From: a virus
Lineage: Duplodnaviria > Caudoviricetes
IMG/VR virus record: IMGVR_UViG_3300046461_000177
Location: 1,400-65,399 of that record
Direction: 5' to 3' (one strand)
Length of the DNA: 64,000 bases
The translations under genes were made by a program, and so were the position numbers. The number at the start of each line of letters is the position of its first letter. The first letter of the stretch is position 1. This document shows, piece after piece, positions 56,939-64,000 of the stretch. The notes under the pieces were generated by a model, which was not told the DNA's origin, did not search any database, and worked only from the letters and a program-made list of their open reading frames with translations.

Positions 56939-57439
56939 ATGGCAACAGGCAATATCTCGATCACGGTCGATGGACTCGGCCAGGTGGCCGAGACGGTCAA
57001 CACGGTGGCGGCAATGCTCGCCACCCTCACAGTGAAGGTGGACAAGCTCGTGTCATCCGCAGAACAGATCAGCGCGAACCTCGACAACATCTCGGGGGAC
57101 ATCGACGGCCTCCAGGGCAGCGTCCAGACGCTGCAGCAGGCCAACACCGCCCTCCAGGCCCAGGTCGACGCCCTGCCCGCCGAGGTGGCCACCCAGGTCT
57201 CCGCGGCCCTGGATCAGCAGAACGCGGCCCTGCAGGCGGTCGTACAGAAGTCCCAGGCCCTCGCGGACCGCATCCCGGATTCCACGACTCCTGACCAGCC
57301 GGCGCCGCCGACCGACACCCCCCCGACCGATCAGCCGCCCACGGATACCCCCCCGGTGGACCAGCCCCCGACGGACAACCCGCCCGCAGACAACCCACCG
57401 GCGGACAATCCCAACCCCGCTGGTGACGTCAACGTCTAA
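56939..57439 (+). CDS. Coiled-coil protein with Pro/Asp pentapeptide repeats
   Basis: Heptad region then (T/A/V)D(T/Q/N)PP repeats. Confidence 0.65.
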   Translation: MATGNISITVDGLGQVAETVNTVAAMLATLTVKVDKLVSSAEQISANLDNISGDIDGLQGSVQTLQQANTALQAQVDALPAEVATQVSAALDQQNAALQAVVQKSQALADRIPDSTTPDQPAPPTDTPPTDQPPTDTPPVDQPPTDNPPADNPPADNPNPAGDVNV

Positions 57440-57451
57440 CCGACGCTGCCC

Positions 57452-57493
57452 GAGAGCCCGGTCGCTTGCCACTACTGGCGCGGCCGGGCTTTC
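57452..57493. terminator. Terminator at convergence of late and leftward arms
   Basis: GAGAGCCCGGTCGC..GCCA / TGGC GCGGCCGGGCTTTC stem. Confidence 0.65.
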
Positions 57494-57498
57494 CGCTA

Positions 57499-57816
57499 TC
57501 AGGAGACCGCGCGCTCGTGTGCCAGTTCATAGTCGGCGCGGTTGCGATACATCAGCGGACAGCCCTTGTGGTCCTCCATGCGAACCGTTCCGTCCTGGCG
57601 GAAGACGATCCCCACACCACGCTCGAAGGTGAACGAGTAGCCCATGTACCGCGGCGCGCCGTCGTCATCGATTCGGTCCGCTAGGCGTCGCAGCCGCTCA
57701 CCGATCCAGTGTCTCACCGGGTGGTAGCCACGATGATCAGGCCGATGAGCACCCCCGTCAATACGGCCAACGAACCGATCAGGCACGATACGACCAGTCG
57801 CATCGCCTGATCGCAC
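57499..57816 (-). CDS. Hypothetical phage protein
   Basis: SFTFE.G.G..FR.DG...GCPL.Y motif. Confidence 0.6.
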   Translation of the reverse strand: MRSGDATGRIVPDRFVGRIDGGAHRPDHRGYHPVRHWIGERLRRLADRIDDDGAPRYMGYSFTFERGVGIVFRQDGTVRMEDHKGCPLMYRNRADYELAHERAVS

Positions 57817-57832
57817 GTCAGCGCTTTCCTCT

Positions 57833-58153
57833 TCACTCGGAGTCGGCCTCGGTGAAGTGGCCGGTGTCGCTAGTGAGGGTGCCGGCGAAGTACGTCAGGG
57901 CCACGAACAGGTTCTTGAATGCCGACCGGTGAATCAGCAGGCCGTCGACTTCGATCACGTCGACCCCCCGCACTGCCTCTTCCTGAGCCTTGCGAGTGAA
58001 GGCCACTAGATCCCACCCGTAGATGGTCGCCTCCTGGCCGGATGACTCGTCAACGATGACGAGCAGGTCGTCAACCTGCTGAACGAGCAGGTTCTCAGAG
58101 ATGCGCACGACGGCCTTCCATGAAGCGTTGAATGATCTGGGTCTCACGCTCAT
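57833..58153 (-). CDS. Hypothetical protein
   Basis: ORF in leftward operon. Confidence 0.5.
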   Translation of the reverse strand: MSVRPRSFNASWKAVVRISENLLVQQVDDLLVIVDESSGQEATIYGWDLVAFTRKAQEEAVRGVDVIEVDGLLIHRSAFKNLFVALTYFAGTLTSDTGHFTEADSE

Positions 58154-58177
58154 CGCAGACCCGCAGGTCGATGGCGG

Positions 58178-59182
58178 TCAGGCCGAAGCGACGGCCCGCA
58201 GGTTCATCGTCTTCGGCCGTGCAGGCAAACCAAGGTTGGGTGTCGTGGCCTCGCTGGCCAGCACCACCGGCCGCGGCGTGCGTGTGTCGACCGCTTCCAG
58301 GGTTGCCGTGTTCCGGATCTCCCGCAGGTCGAGGTCCAGTTTGGCTGGCATGGCGACCAGGTCGTTCGCGGTGCGCGCAAAGGCCAAGCCAGGGTCCTCG
58401 CCGGCCTCCAGTGCCTCGCGGGCGGATGTCAGTGCTCGTTCTCCCACGCCCTCCAGGTAGCGACCGCGGGTGTCCTGACGGATCGCCTGGGCCAGCGCGT
58501 TCGCGTCTGCCGGGTTTGCCCCGTGTGCCCACGCGCCCAAACCGTACTCCGCCGGCTCGACGCGGCGCAGGGGGAACTCCGTATCGGCCTCGATGACAAG
58601 CTGGCCGCGCTCCCGCAGGACCGCGGTAACCGTCTCGGCGTCGTGCGCAGCGCCGTCGTTGACCTGGTCCAGGATCGCCTTACCGACGTTCTCATGGAAG
58701 GCGTCGGTGAACTCGTTCCGCACGGTCTGTAGGGCAGGCAGGGCCTCGTCCGACACCATGGCCGCGCCAAGCAGGCCGGTCTCGTTGTAGTCGCGGGTCT
58801 CCTGCAGTGTCGGCGGTTCGATGTCGACGGCCAGGTAGCGCTGCATCTCGACCTTCTCGGCCGCGGCCTCGGCCTTGCGGTCGAGGTCTTGCAATTCTCG
58901 CGCGCGCTGCTGCTCCGCCTTCTGGTCCCAGTTGGCGAGTCGGTCGCTGTCGTCGGACCACCCGTCCGTTGCCATGTCCGGCGCCTTCTCTCTGTGCTTC
59001 ATCCACTCCCTTAGAGTGGGCAGTGGGTGGTCGGCGACCCATTCCTTGTACTCGGTGTCGTACCCCAGGCTGGCATTTGCGGCCAGGGTCTCCTGCCGCT
59101 CGCGCTCCTGACGGTAGTCGTTCACCCAGTTACGGTGGCCGCATGTCGCAGCGCATCCGTGCATTCCAGGTGGGCAGCCCAT
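58178..59182 (-). CDS. DnaB N-terminal-domain-like protein with N-terminal extension
   Basis: E..LLGA.M......F....H..V..AI.......D..TV...L...G; no Walker motifs. Confidence 0.55.
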   Translation of the reverse strand: MGCPPGMHGCAATCGHRNWVNDYRQERERQETLAANASLGYDTEYKEWVADHPLPTLREWMKHREKAPDMATDGWSDDSDRLANWDQKAEQQRARELQDLDRKAEAAAEKVEMQRYLAVDIEPPTLQETRDYNETGLLGAAMVSDEALPALQTVRNEFTDAFHENVGKAILDQVNDGAAHDAETVTAVLRERGQLVIEADTEFPLRRVEPAEYGLGAWAHGANPADANALAQAIRQDTRGRYLEGVGERALTSAREALEAGEDPGLAFARTANDLVAMPAKLDLDLREIRNTATLEAVDTRTPRPVVLASEATTPNLGLPARPKTMNLRAVASA

Positions 59183-59238
59183 GTGACTCCTCTCGGGTGG
59201 GGTAATGTCCCGAGCGTAGCATCCCGCAGCGTCAACAG

Positions 59239-59625
59239 CTAGTCCGTGGGTGCAATCGGAGTGCCGGTGACGATAACCTCGACCCGTGCCTCGCCCTTGA
59301 CGTATTCGATGCGCGGCATGAGCTTCGTCATCCATTTCGGAATATCATCCGGCGTCACCCCAGCGTCGACCAGGCCATCACAGATGGCCTTGAAGTCGTA
59401 CATGGGGTTCTCCTCGTCGCGGCGCTTGCGGTCCGGGACGGTCCACACCATCTCAACGATGCAGTGCTCCAGTGGCGGGATCAAAGCCGCTGTAGCCGCG
59501 TTCATCGCCCACTCCCGGCACCGGGCAATCGCCTTCGCCTTCACGGCCCAGTGGGGGCGATCGTTCATCGACTGGAGAGGCTTGGTCCACTCGGGCCGGA
59601 GAGTCCAGGTCTCAATGGCTACCAC
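59239..59625 (-). CDS. RusA-like Holliday junction resolvase
   Basis: N.R.HW, RRD..N....KA.CDGLVDAG...DD. Confidence 0.75.
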   Translation of the reverse strand: MVAIETWTLRPEWTKPLQSMNDRPHWAVKAKAIARCREWAMNAATAALIPPLEHCIVEMVWTVPDRKRRDEENPMYDFKAICDGLVDAGVTPDDIPKWMTKLMPRIEYVKGEARVEVIVTGTPIAPTD

Positions 59626-59840
59626 GAGTACGACAATCCACCAGCACGCGCGATCTCCAGCCCGTTGTTCCCGGACCGTGCCGCCTCGCAGGGCCACGGC
59701 GTCTGCAAGCCGTCATCCCAGCAGACCGTACAGATCCAGGAGTGTGGCTCGCCCAGGCCATCCCAGTGCGGTTGGTGATAGGCGGCTGGCAATGCTTGCC
59801 GTTGCGCGTAGTTCAACTCCTCTGGAACGATGATCGCCAT
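59619..59840 (-). CDS. Small phage protein (H-x-P...CxxC...WPC)
   Basis: HQP...CTVCWD...WPC. Confidence 0.6.
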   Translation of the reverse strand: MAIIVPEELNYAQRQALPAAYHQPHWDGLGEPHSWICTVCWDDGLQTPWPCEAARSGNNGLEIARAGGLSYSW

Positions 59841-60085
59841 CAGAGCAGGTCCAGTTCCGCCTGCAGGAGCGCGAGCCGGAGATCCGGGTCCTCCAGCAGG
59901 GTCTCACGCTCGCAGGCGTCGGGCTTACGGGTGGCACCGTGCCCGATGTAGATCGAGAACTGGGCGCATGACTCGCAGATCATGATGGCGCCCGGTTCGG
60001 TTGTGTCGGCGCCCAGGATCGTTTCGGATTCCCGGTTGATTACCCCGCAGTACGGGCAACCGCCGGGCGGCAAGATGTTCACCAT
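59840..60085 (-). CDS. Zn-ribbon hypothetical protein
   Basis: CPYC...CESC. Confidence 0.55.
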   Translation of the reverse strand: MVNILPPGGCPYCGVINRESETILGADTTEPGAIMICESCAQFSIYIGHGATRKPDACERETLLEDPDLRLALLQAELDLL

Positions 60086-60270
60086 TCGGGGAAGTTCCCT
60101 TCCAGACGGAAGTACTCAGCGGCGTGATACGGGCCATCAGCGTGCCGGCTCCGGCCCGAGTAGTCGAACTCCTCATCGCCACGCTGGACCGCCTGGCGTG
60201 CTTCGCCACGGTCGCCGGCGTACTCGTCAGCGTCCGGGCCACAGTCCCAGGTGGCTGGGATCTTCGCCAT
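60079..60270 (-). CDS. Hypothetical protein
   Basis: RBS GAGGAG. Confidence 0.5.
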   Translation of the reverse strand: MAKIPATWDCGPDADEYAGDRGEARQAVQRGDEEFDYSGRSRHADGPYHAAEYFRLEGNFPEW

Positions 60271-60452
60271 CACTTGCTCCTCTCGGTGGATGATTCGCGG
60301 ACCGTCAGCGACACCTGCACAAGCGCAATGAAGAGGAGCAGAACCCCACCCACCGTCCGCAGCCAACTGTCCTGCGTCATGGTCAGGAACACGACCGCGA
60401 TGGTGACGCTGGCCAAGCACAGCGCGAGCTGCAGCTTCACTCGCCGTGTCAT
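60270..60452 (-). CDS. Small two-TM protein
   Basis: Hydrophobic, coupled. Confidence 0.5.
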   Translation of the reverse strand: MTRRVKLQLALCLASVTIAVVFLTMTQDSWLRTVGGVLLLFIALVQVSLTVRESSTERSK

Positions 60453-60655
60453 CGCATCCATTCCTGTTCGTCGCCTTCGAGCGCCATCTCGGTCATGTAC
60501 GCCAGGTAGAGCTGGCCATCGCGGCGCATGGTGATCAGCCTCTGACCGGGATAGACGTCCTCGTACAGTGGTGCGACAGCATTCGCAGCCAACTCGGCGC
60601 GCGCCGGATTGTCGCCCACCCAGAACATCGCCATCACCTCCATGCGCATTCTCAT
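60449..60655 (-). CDS. Hypothetical protein
   Basis: ATGA coupling. Confidence 0.5.
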   Translation of the reverse strand: MRMRMEVMAMFWVGDNPARAELAANAVAPLYEDVYPGQRLITMRRDGQLYLAYMTEMALEGDEQEWMR

Positions 60656-60879
60656 GCCTCACCACCGAAGCCATGCGGATTCCACTGCTCGCGTGTCCGG
60701 ATCGAGTCGATCTCCAGAAGCAGCCTCCGTCCCCAGTCGTCCGGCTTGCCGGTCTGTGACTCCGTGACGTCGATCTGCATCGAGATCCGCTCTCGGGCCT
60801 CGAATAGCACTCTGGAGAGGTCACGCGATGACGTATTCATCAGATACCAGGAGGGGCCGATCTGCGGGCTCGCGCTCAT
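60652..60879 (-). CDS. Hypothetical protein
   Basis: ATGA coupling. Confidence 0.55.
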   Translation of the reverse strand: MSASPQIGPSWYLMNTSSRDLSRVLFEARERISMQIDVTESQTGKPDDWGRRLLLEIDSIRTREQWNPHGFGGEA

Positions 60880-61073
60880 CCATTGGCCCCGATCTCGGTG
60901 CTACCGCCGCGGCGCTTGCTGGACAACCGGATCTTGCCCGGTGCCAGCGGCTCGTAGATCAGCACGCCACTGACGATCGTGTCGCCGGTCAGTGGGTTGT
61001 GCTCGAAGGTCATGCCGCCGGAGACGTACACGCGGGCACTGGTCTTGGCGGCTGGGATCGGCTGGTCGCTCAC
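60876..61073 (-). CDS. Hypothetical protein
   Basis: GTGA coupling, RBS GGTGGAG. Confidence 0.5.
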   Translation of the reverse strand: MSDQPIPAAKTSARVYVSGGMTFEHNPLTGDTIVSGVLIYEPLAPGKIRLSSKRRGGSTEIGANG

Positions 61074-61222
61074 ATCTCCACCTCGAACTCGACCTTGCAG
61101 TCCGCGCACCGGGCCACGACGTAATCCCCTTCGTCGTCCAGGATCTCGTGCGGCCCGTCGCTCTCGCATTCCGGGCACGGGCCGACGATCGTGTCCGGCC
61201 GGACCACTCGCAGATTCCTCAC
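61070..61222 (-). CDS. Small Zn-ribbon protein MRNLRVV...CPEC...CADC
   Basis: 50-aa ORF coupled at both ends. Confidence 0.55.
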   Translation of the reverse strand: MRNLRVVRPDTIVGPCPECESDGPHEILDDEGDYVVARCADCKVEFEVEM

Positions 61223-61224
61223 GC
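61202..61224. repeat. 23-bp direct repeat copy 1 (GACCACTCGCAGATTCCTCACGC)
   Basis: Identical to 63696-63718. Confidence 0.9.
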
Positions 61225-61911
61225 TGCCTCCTGATTTTCGAGCCACCCGAGCAGTTTCGGGAGATTGATGTCTGGGCCGAACGACACGTAGGTGCCGTCG
61301 ACCGAATCGCAGCCAATGGATGCGGCATAGTCGAACCGCATCTTAGAGTTCACCCGGCCCATGTGGACCTCTTTGCCGTGCCGCTTGGCTTCGGCAATGA
61401 GTCGGCGGGCAACCTCTCCCAGCTTCCATTCGGTCACCGGGAGGTTGCAATGCGGGCACCTGGGCCGATGGTTCCTTGGCGGCTTGGGTGCGTCGATCGG
61501 CCGGGTGTAGCTGCACGGGAGGCATTCCTGCGTGCCGCCGATGAACAGAACGTCAAACTCATCCCACGGCACAACGGTGCGCTCGATCCCGTTCTGGGCG
61601 ACGAATGCGGCCGGCACGCCCAGTGCGCGGATCTTCGGCAACCATGGACGGGATCTGACGAGGGTCGCCGCTGCGTCGCCGACCACGTCGGGAGCTGTCG
61701 CAAACCGGCACCGTTCCAACGGTTTGGTCTGCAGCCAGGCCAGCCATTCCTCGTCACCGGGGTAGCCCTTGCCGAAGCAGCCATTGTCGGCGCAGAACCA
61801 GGCGCCCTCGGGTGTCAGGTTGCCCTGGACTGGGGTGGTGATGCAGTCGATCAGGCCGGCGCTCATGGCCGCCCGGACGGACGGCGTCGACGGGTTTGCG
61901 AAATAGCGCAT
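61219..61911 (-). CDS. TGT-fold / DpdA-like deazaguanine DNA transglycosylase candidate
   Basis: DNGCF, APDVVGD, LFIGG, VHMGRVN, DSVDGT; last gene of que operon. Confidence 0.6.
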   Translation of the reverse strand: MRYFANPSTPSVRAAMSAGLIDCITTPVQGNLTPEGAWFCADNGCFGKGYPGDEEWLAWLQTKPLERCRFATAPDVVGDAAATLVRSRPWLPKIRALGVPAAFVAQNGIERTVVPWDEFDVLFIGGTQECLPCSYTRPIDAPKPPRNHRPRCPHCNLPVTEWKLGEVARRLIAEAKRHGKEVHMGRVNSKMRFDYAASIGCDSVDGTYVSFGPDINLPKLLGWLENQEAA

Positions 61912-61914
61912 GCG

Positions 61915-62595
61915 TCAGTGTCCACGCTCATCAGCCCAGGCGAGTAGGTGGAGGCGGTGGCTGGCATTGATTCCGAGAGCAGCAGCGGCGCCCGCGATCG
62001 TCGGCCACCTCCCTCCGACCTCGTCAGTGGTTTGTCCTTCCGGCATAACCCACGTTCGATCCCTTGCCCAGCCCCAAGCCTGTGCCGACGCGGCTGCGCC
62101 GACAACGTCATCCGGTGTCTGGGCCACGACTTTTAGGAATGCCGCAGGGACGCTGGGCCACCCACTCCAGGGAGCAGGGTTGCGGCCGTGGTGATCACCC
62201 GCGTGCGGCATCTTCGGCGACACGGCGATTAGGTCACAGCAAGCGCGGGTGATCGCGAATGGCGCGATGGTGCCGTTCGTCTCTAGGTGCACCGAATACC
62301 GAACTTTGAGTTGCGTCATCAACTGAGCCCAGAGCGGGTTTCGCTGATGGAGCAGTGGCTCGCCGCCGGTGACCACCACGATCTCCGCAGCCGGTAACGC
62401 TTGCAGGATCTCTTCGATGGTCATCGGGGTGATCTCTTTGCGAAGGTCGAACCTCGAACCGTCCCAGGAGTACGGGGTGTCGCACCAGGAGCAGGAGAGA
62501 TTGCAGCCACCGAGGCGCAGGAAAACGGCATTGCGCCCGGCCGCAGGCCCCTCGCCCTGCAGGGTTGGGCCGAAGATTTCCACGACAGGGATCAC
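61915..62595 (-). CDS. queE: 7-carboxy-7-deazaguanine synthase (radical SAM)
   Basis: EIFGPTLQGEG, GCNLSCSWCDT, TGGEP, ETNG, VSPK, RLH. Confidence 0.95.
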   Translation of the reverse strand: MIPVVEIFGPTLQGEGPAAGRNAVFLRLGGCNLSCSWCDTPYSWDGSRFDLRKEITPMTIEEILQALPAAEIVVVTGGEPLLHQRNPLWAQLMTQLKVRYSVHLETNGTIAPFAITRACCDLIAVSPKMPHAGDHHGRNPAPWSGWPSVPAAFLKVVAQTPDDVVGAAASAQAWGWARDRTWVMPEGQTTDEVGGRWPTIAGAAAALGINASHRLHLLAWADERGH

Positions 62596-62951
62596 TGCAG
62601 ACCCCGATAGGTGGCCCACGTCTTGGGTGACTCGGACCAGGAGACAGCAGAGACCGGCCACATCTCCCGATCGCACCACTGGTAGAGGTAGGCCGCCATG
62701 TTTTCGGCCGTCGGGTTGAACGACACGGCCTCATTGAGGTGTCGGTGGTCGAACGACTCCTCCAGGAACTTGCCGAACACCGACAACTCGCCGTAGTCCA
62801 GAACCATACCGACGTCATTCACCGGTCCGGTCAGTTCCACTCGCACGATCACGTTATGACCGTGCAGCCGGGCGCACTGATGTCCCTCCGGCAGTCCATT
62901 GAGTTGGTGCGAGATGCTGATTGTGAAGTCCTTGGTGATGGTGGCGATCAT
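62592..62951 (-). CDS. queD: 6-carboxytetrahydropterin synthase
   Basis: SH.L, C.RLHGHN, DH.HLN, PTAEN.A, ES..T.A. Confidence 0.95.
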   Translation of the reverse strand: MIATITKDFTISISHQLNGLPEGHQCARLHGHNVIVRVELTGPVNDVGMVLDYGELSVFGKFLEESFDHRHLNEAVSFNPTAENMAAYLYQWCDREMWPVSAVSWSESPKTWATYRGLQ

Positions 62952-63598
62952 GCTGACACCCCGGCGTCGGCGAACGCCTCGGCGCGCTCGACGCAGGCAC
63001 CGCACTCCCCGCAGGCCAGTGCACGGCCCTCGTAGCAGGAGTAGGAAAGGTCAAGCGGCGCGCCGAGTTGCAGCCCGAGGCGCACGACCTCGGTCTTACT
63101 GATCCCGAGGAACGGTGCCCGGATCGAAACAGCCCCCTCCGTTGCTAGTCCGACGGCCACGTCGGCTGCGTCGATGAAGTCCGGCCGGCAGTCCGGGTAG
63201 ACGGGCAGGTCACCGCCGTGAACCCCGATCACCACGGCGCTGCGGCCCTGAGACTGGGCAATGCCGGCGGCTGCCATGAGCAGGGTCGCGTTCCGATTGG
63301 GGACGATCGTAGCGGCCATAGCCGGGTCGGCATAGTGCCCGTGTGGCACCGGAACGGCAGCGTCCGTCAGTGACGACCGCACCAAGGCGCCCCAGCTCGT
63401 CAGGTCGAGCACGTAGTGCGGGACGCCGTAGTGGGCGGCGATGACCCGCGCCCGGCTCAGTTCCAGTCGGTGACGCTGGCCGTAGCTGACCGACAGGGCG
63501 GCCGGACGCGAATCCCAGTCCATCTCGACGGCGAGTGCGACCAGCGAATCAAGGCCGCCGGACAGTAGGACCAGGGGACCTGCAGAGTTGGTTGTCAT
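62948..63598 (-). CDS. queC: 7-cyano-7-deazaguanine synthase
   Basis: LSGGLDS, YGQRH, VPNRN, YPDCRP, SCY...CGECGAC.ER. Confidence 0.95.
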   Translation of the reverse strand: MTTNSAGPLVLLSGGLDSLVALAVEMDWDSRPAALSVSYGQRHRLELSRARVIAAHYGVPHYVLDLTSWGALVRSSLTDAAVPVPHGHYADPAMAATIVPNRNATLLMAAAGIAQSQGRSAVVIGVHGGDLPVYPDCRPDFIDAADVAVGLATEGAVSIRAPFLGISKTEVVRLGLQLGAPLDLSYSCYEGRALACGECGACVERAEAFADAGVSA

Positions 63599-63625
63599 TG
63601 GTTCCTCTCGGTGGGGTGTTCCACC

Positions 63626-63654
63626 AACCTACACTTCCCCTGGGTTTATGTCAA
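63626..63654 (-). promoter_or_regulatory. SigA-type promoter of que cassette
   Basis: TTGACA-17-TAGGTT, then GAGAGG RBS before queC. Confidence 0.75.
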
Positions 63655-63695
63655 CAGCGGAGCTAGGGCAGAAGCCCTCTCATCTGTTCCAACTC

Positions 63696-63718
63696 GACCA
63701 CTCGCAGATTCCTCACGC
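63696..63718. repeat. 23-bp direct repeat copy 2
   Basis: Identical to 61202-61224. Confidence 0.9.
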
Positions 63719-64000
63719 CGGTAGTCCCTCCTGCCCCAAGTGTTGCTTCATCCGGGCTGCGATTAGTGGCAGGTAGTCACACTCGCGCTCGATGCCGATG
63801 GACTTAAATCCCTCCAGGTGGGCTGCCTCCAAAGTGGTGCCGGTGCCCGCGAACGGGTCGAGCACGGTGCCACCGTTGGGGGTGACCAGCTTCACCAGCC
63901 AGCGCATGAGTGTGAGTGGTTTGACGGTTGGGTGTGCGATGCCGTCAACTTTCGGCCGCTCTTTGGTTGGTGCTTTGGCGACGTAGAAGAATCGTGACGC
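63713..64000 (-). CDS. N4/N6 DNA methyltransferase, C-terminal part (5' outside window)
   Basis: HPTVKP..LMRWL, VLDPFAGTGTT, IGIE. Confidence 0.9.
   Translation of the reverse strand, partial: ASRFFYVAKAPTKERPKVDGIAHPTVKPLTLMRWLVKLVTPNGGTVLDPFAGTGTTLEAAHLEGFKSIGIERECDYLPLIAARMKQHLGQEGLPA

Noticed and set aside
57290-57420. 15-bp tandem repeats
   Set aside because: Coding Pro/Asp pentapeptide repeats, not iterons.

Overview
High-GC actinobacterial mobile DNA. An apparently complete conjugation module (about 1.9-14.7 kb) runs directly into a tailed-phage gene set, with no integrase or att-like junction visible. The conjugation module has an IncP-type MOBP oriT with nic site and inverted repeat, MobC, relaxase, VirD4-like coupling protein, Xis-like HTH regulator, pilin, VirB6-, PrgI/VirB3- and VirB4-like genes and an NlpC/P60 wall hydrolase. 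The phage part (about 15-57 kb) has terminase, MuF, portal, 2H phosphoesterase, protease fusion, about 10 kb of fibre/spike genes, major capsid, tail tube, frameshifted tail chaperone, tape measure, minor tails, membrane proteins and three lysin-type genes; its architecture is reminiscent of cluster-B-like actinophages. A leftward early-type arm (57.5-64 kb) carries RusA, a DnaB-N-like protein, a queC-queD-queE-DpdA-like 7-deazaguanine cassette flanked by a 23-bp direct repeat, and a partial DNA methyltransferase. Best interpretation (inference): a conjugative phage / phage-plasmid able to spread by virion and by T4SS, with several anti-defence candidates. All functional calls come from motif recognition by eye; no database searches were run.
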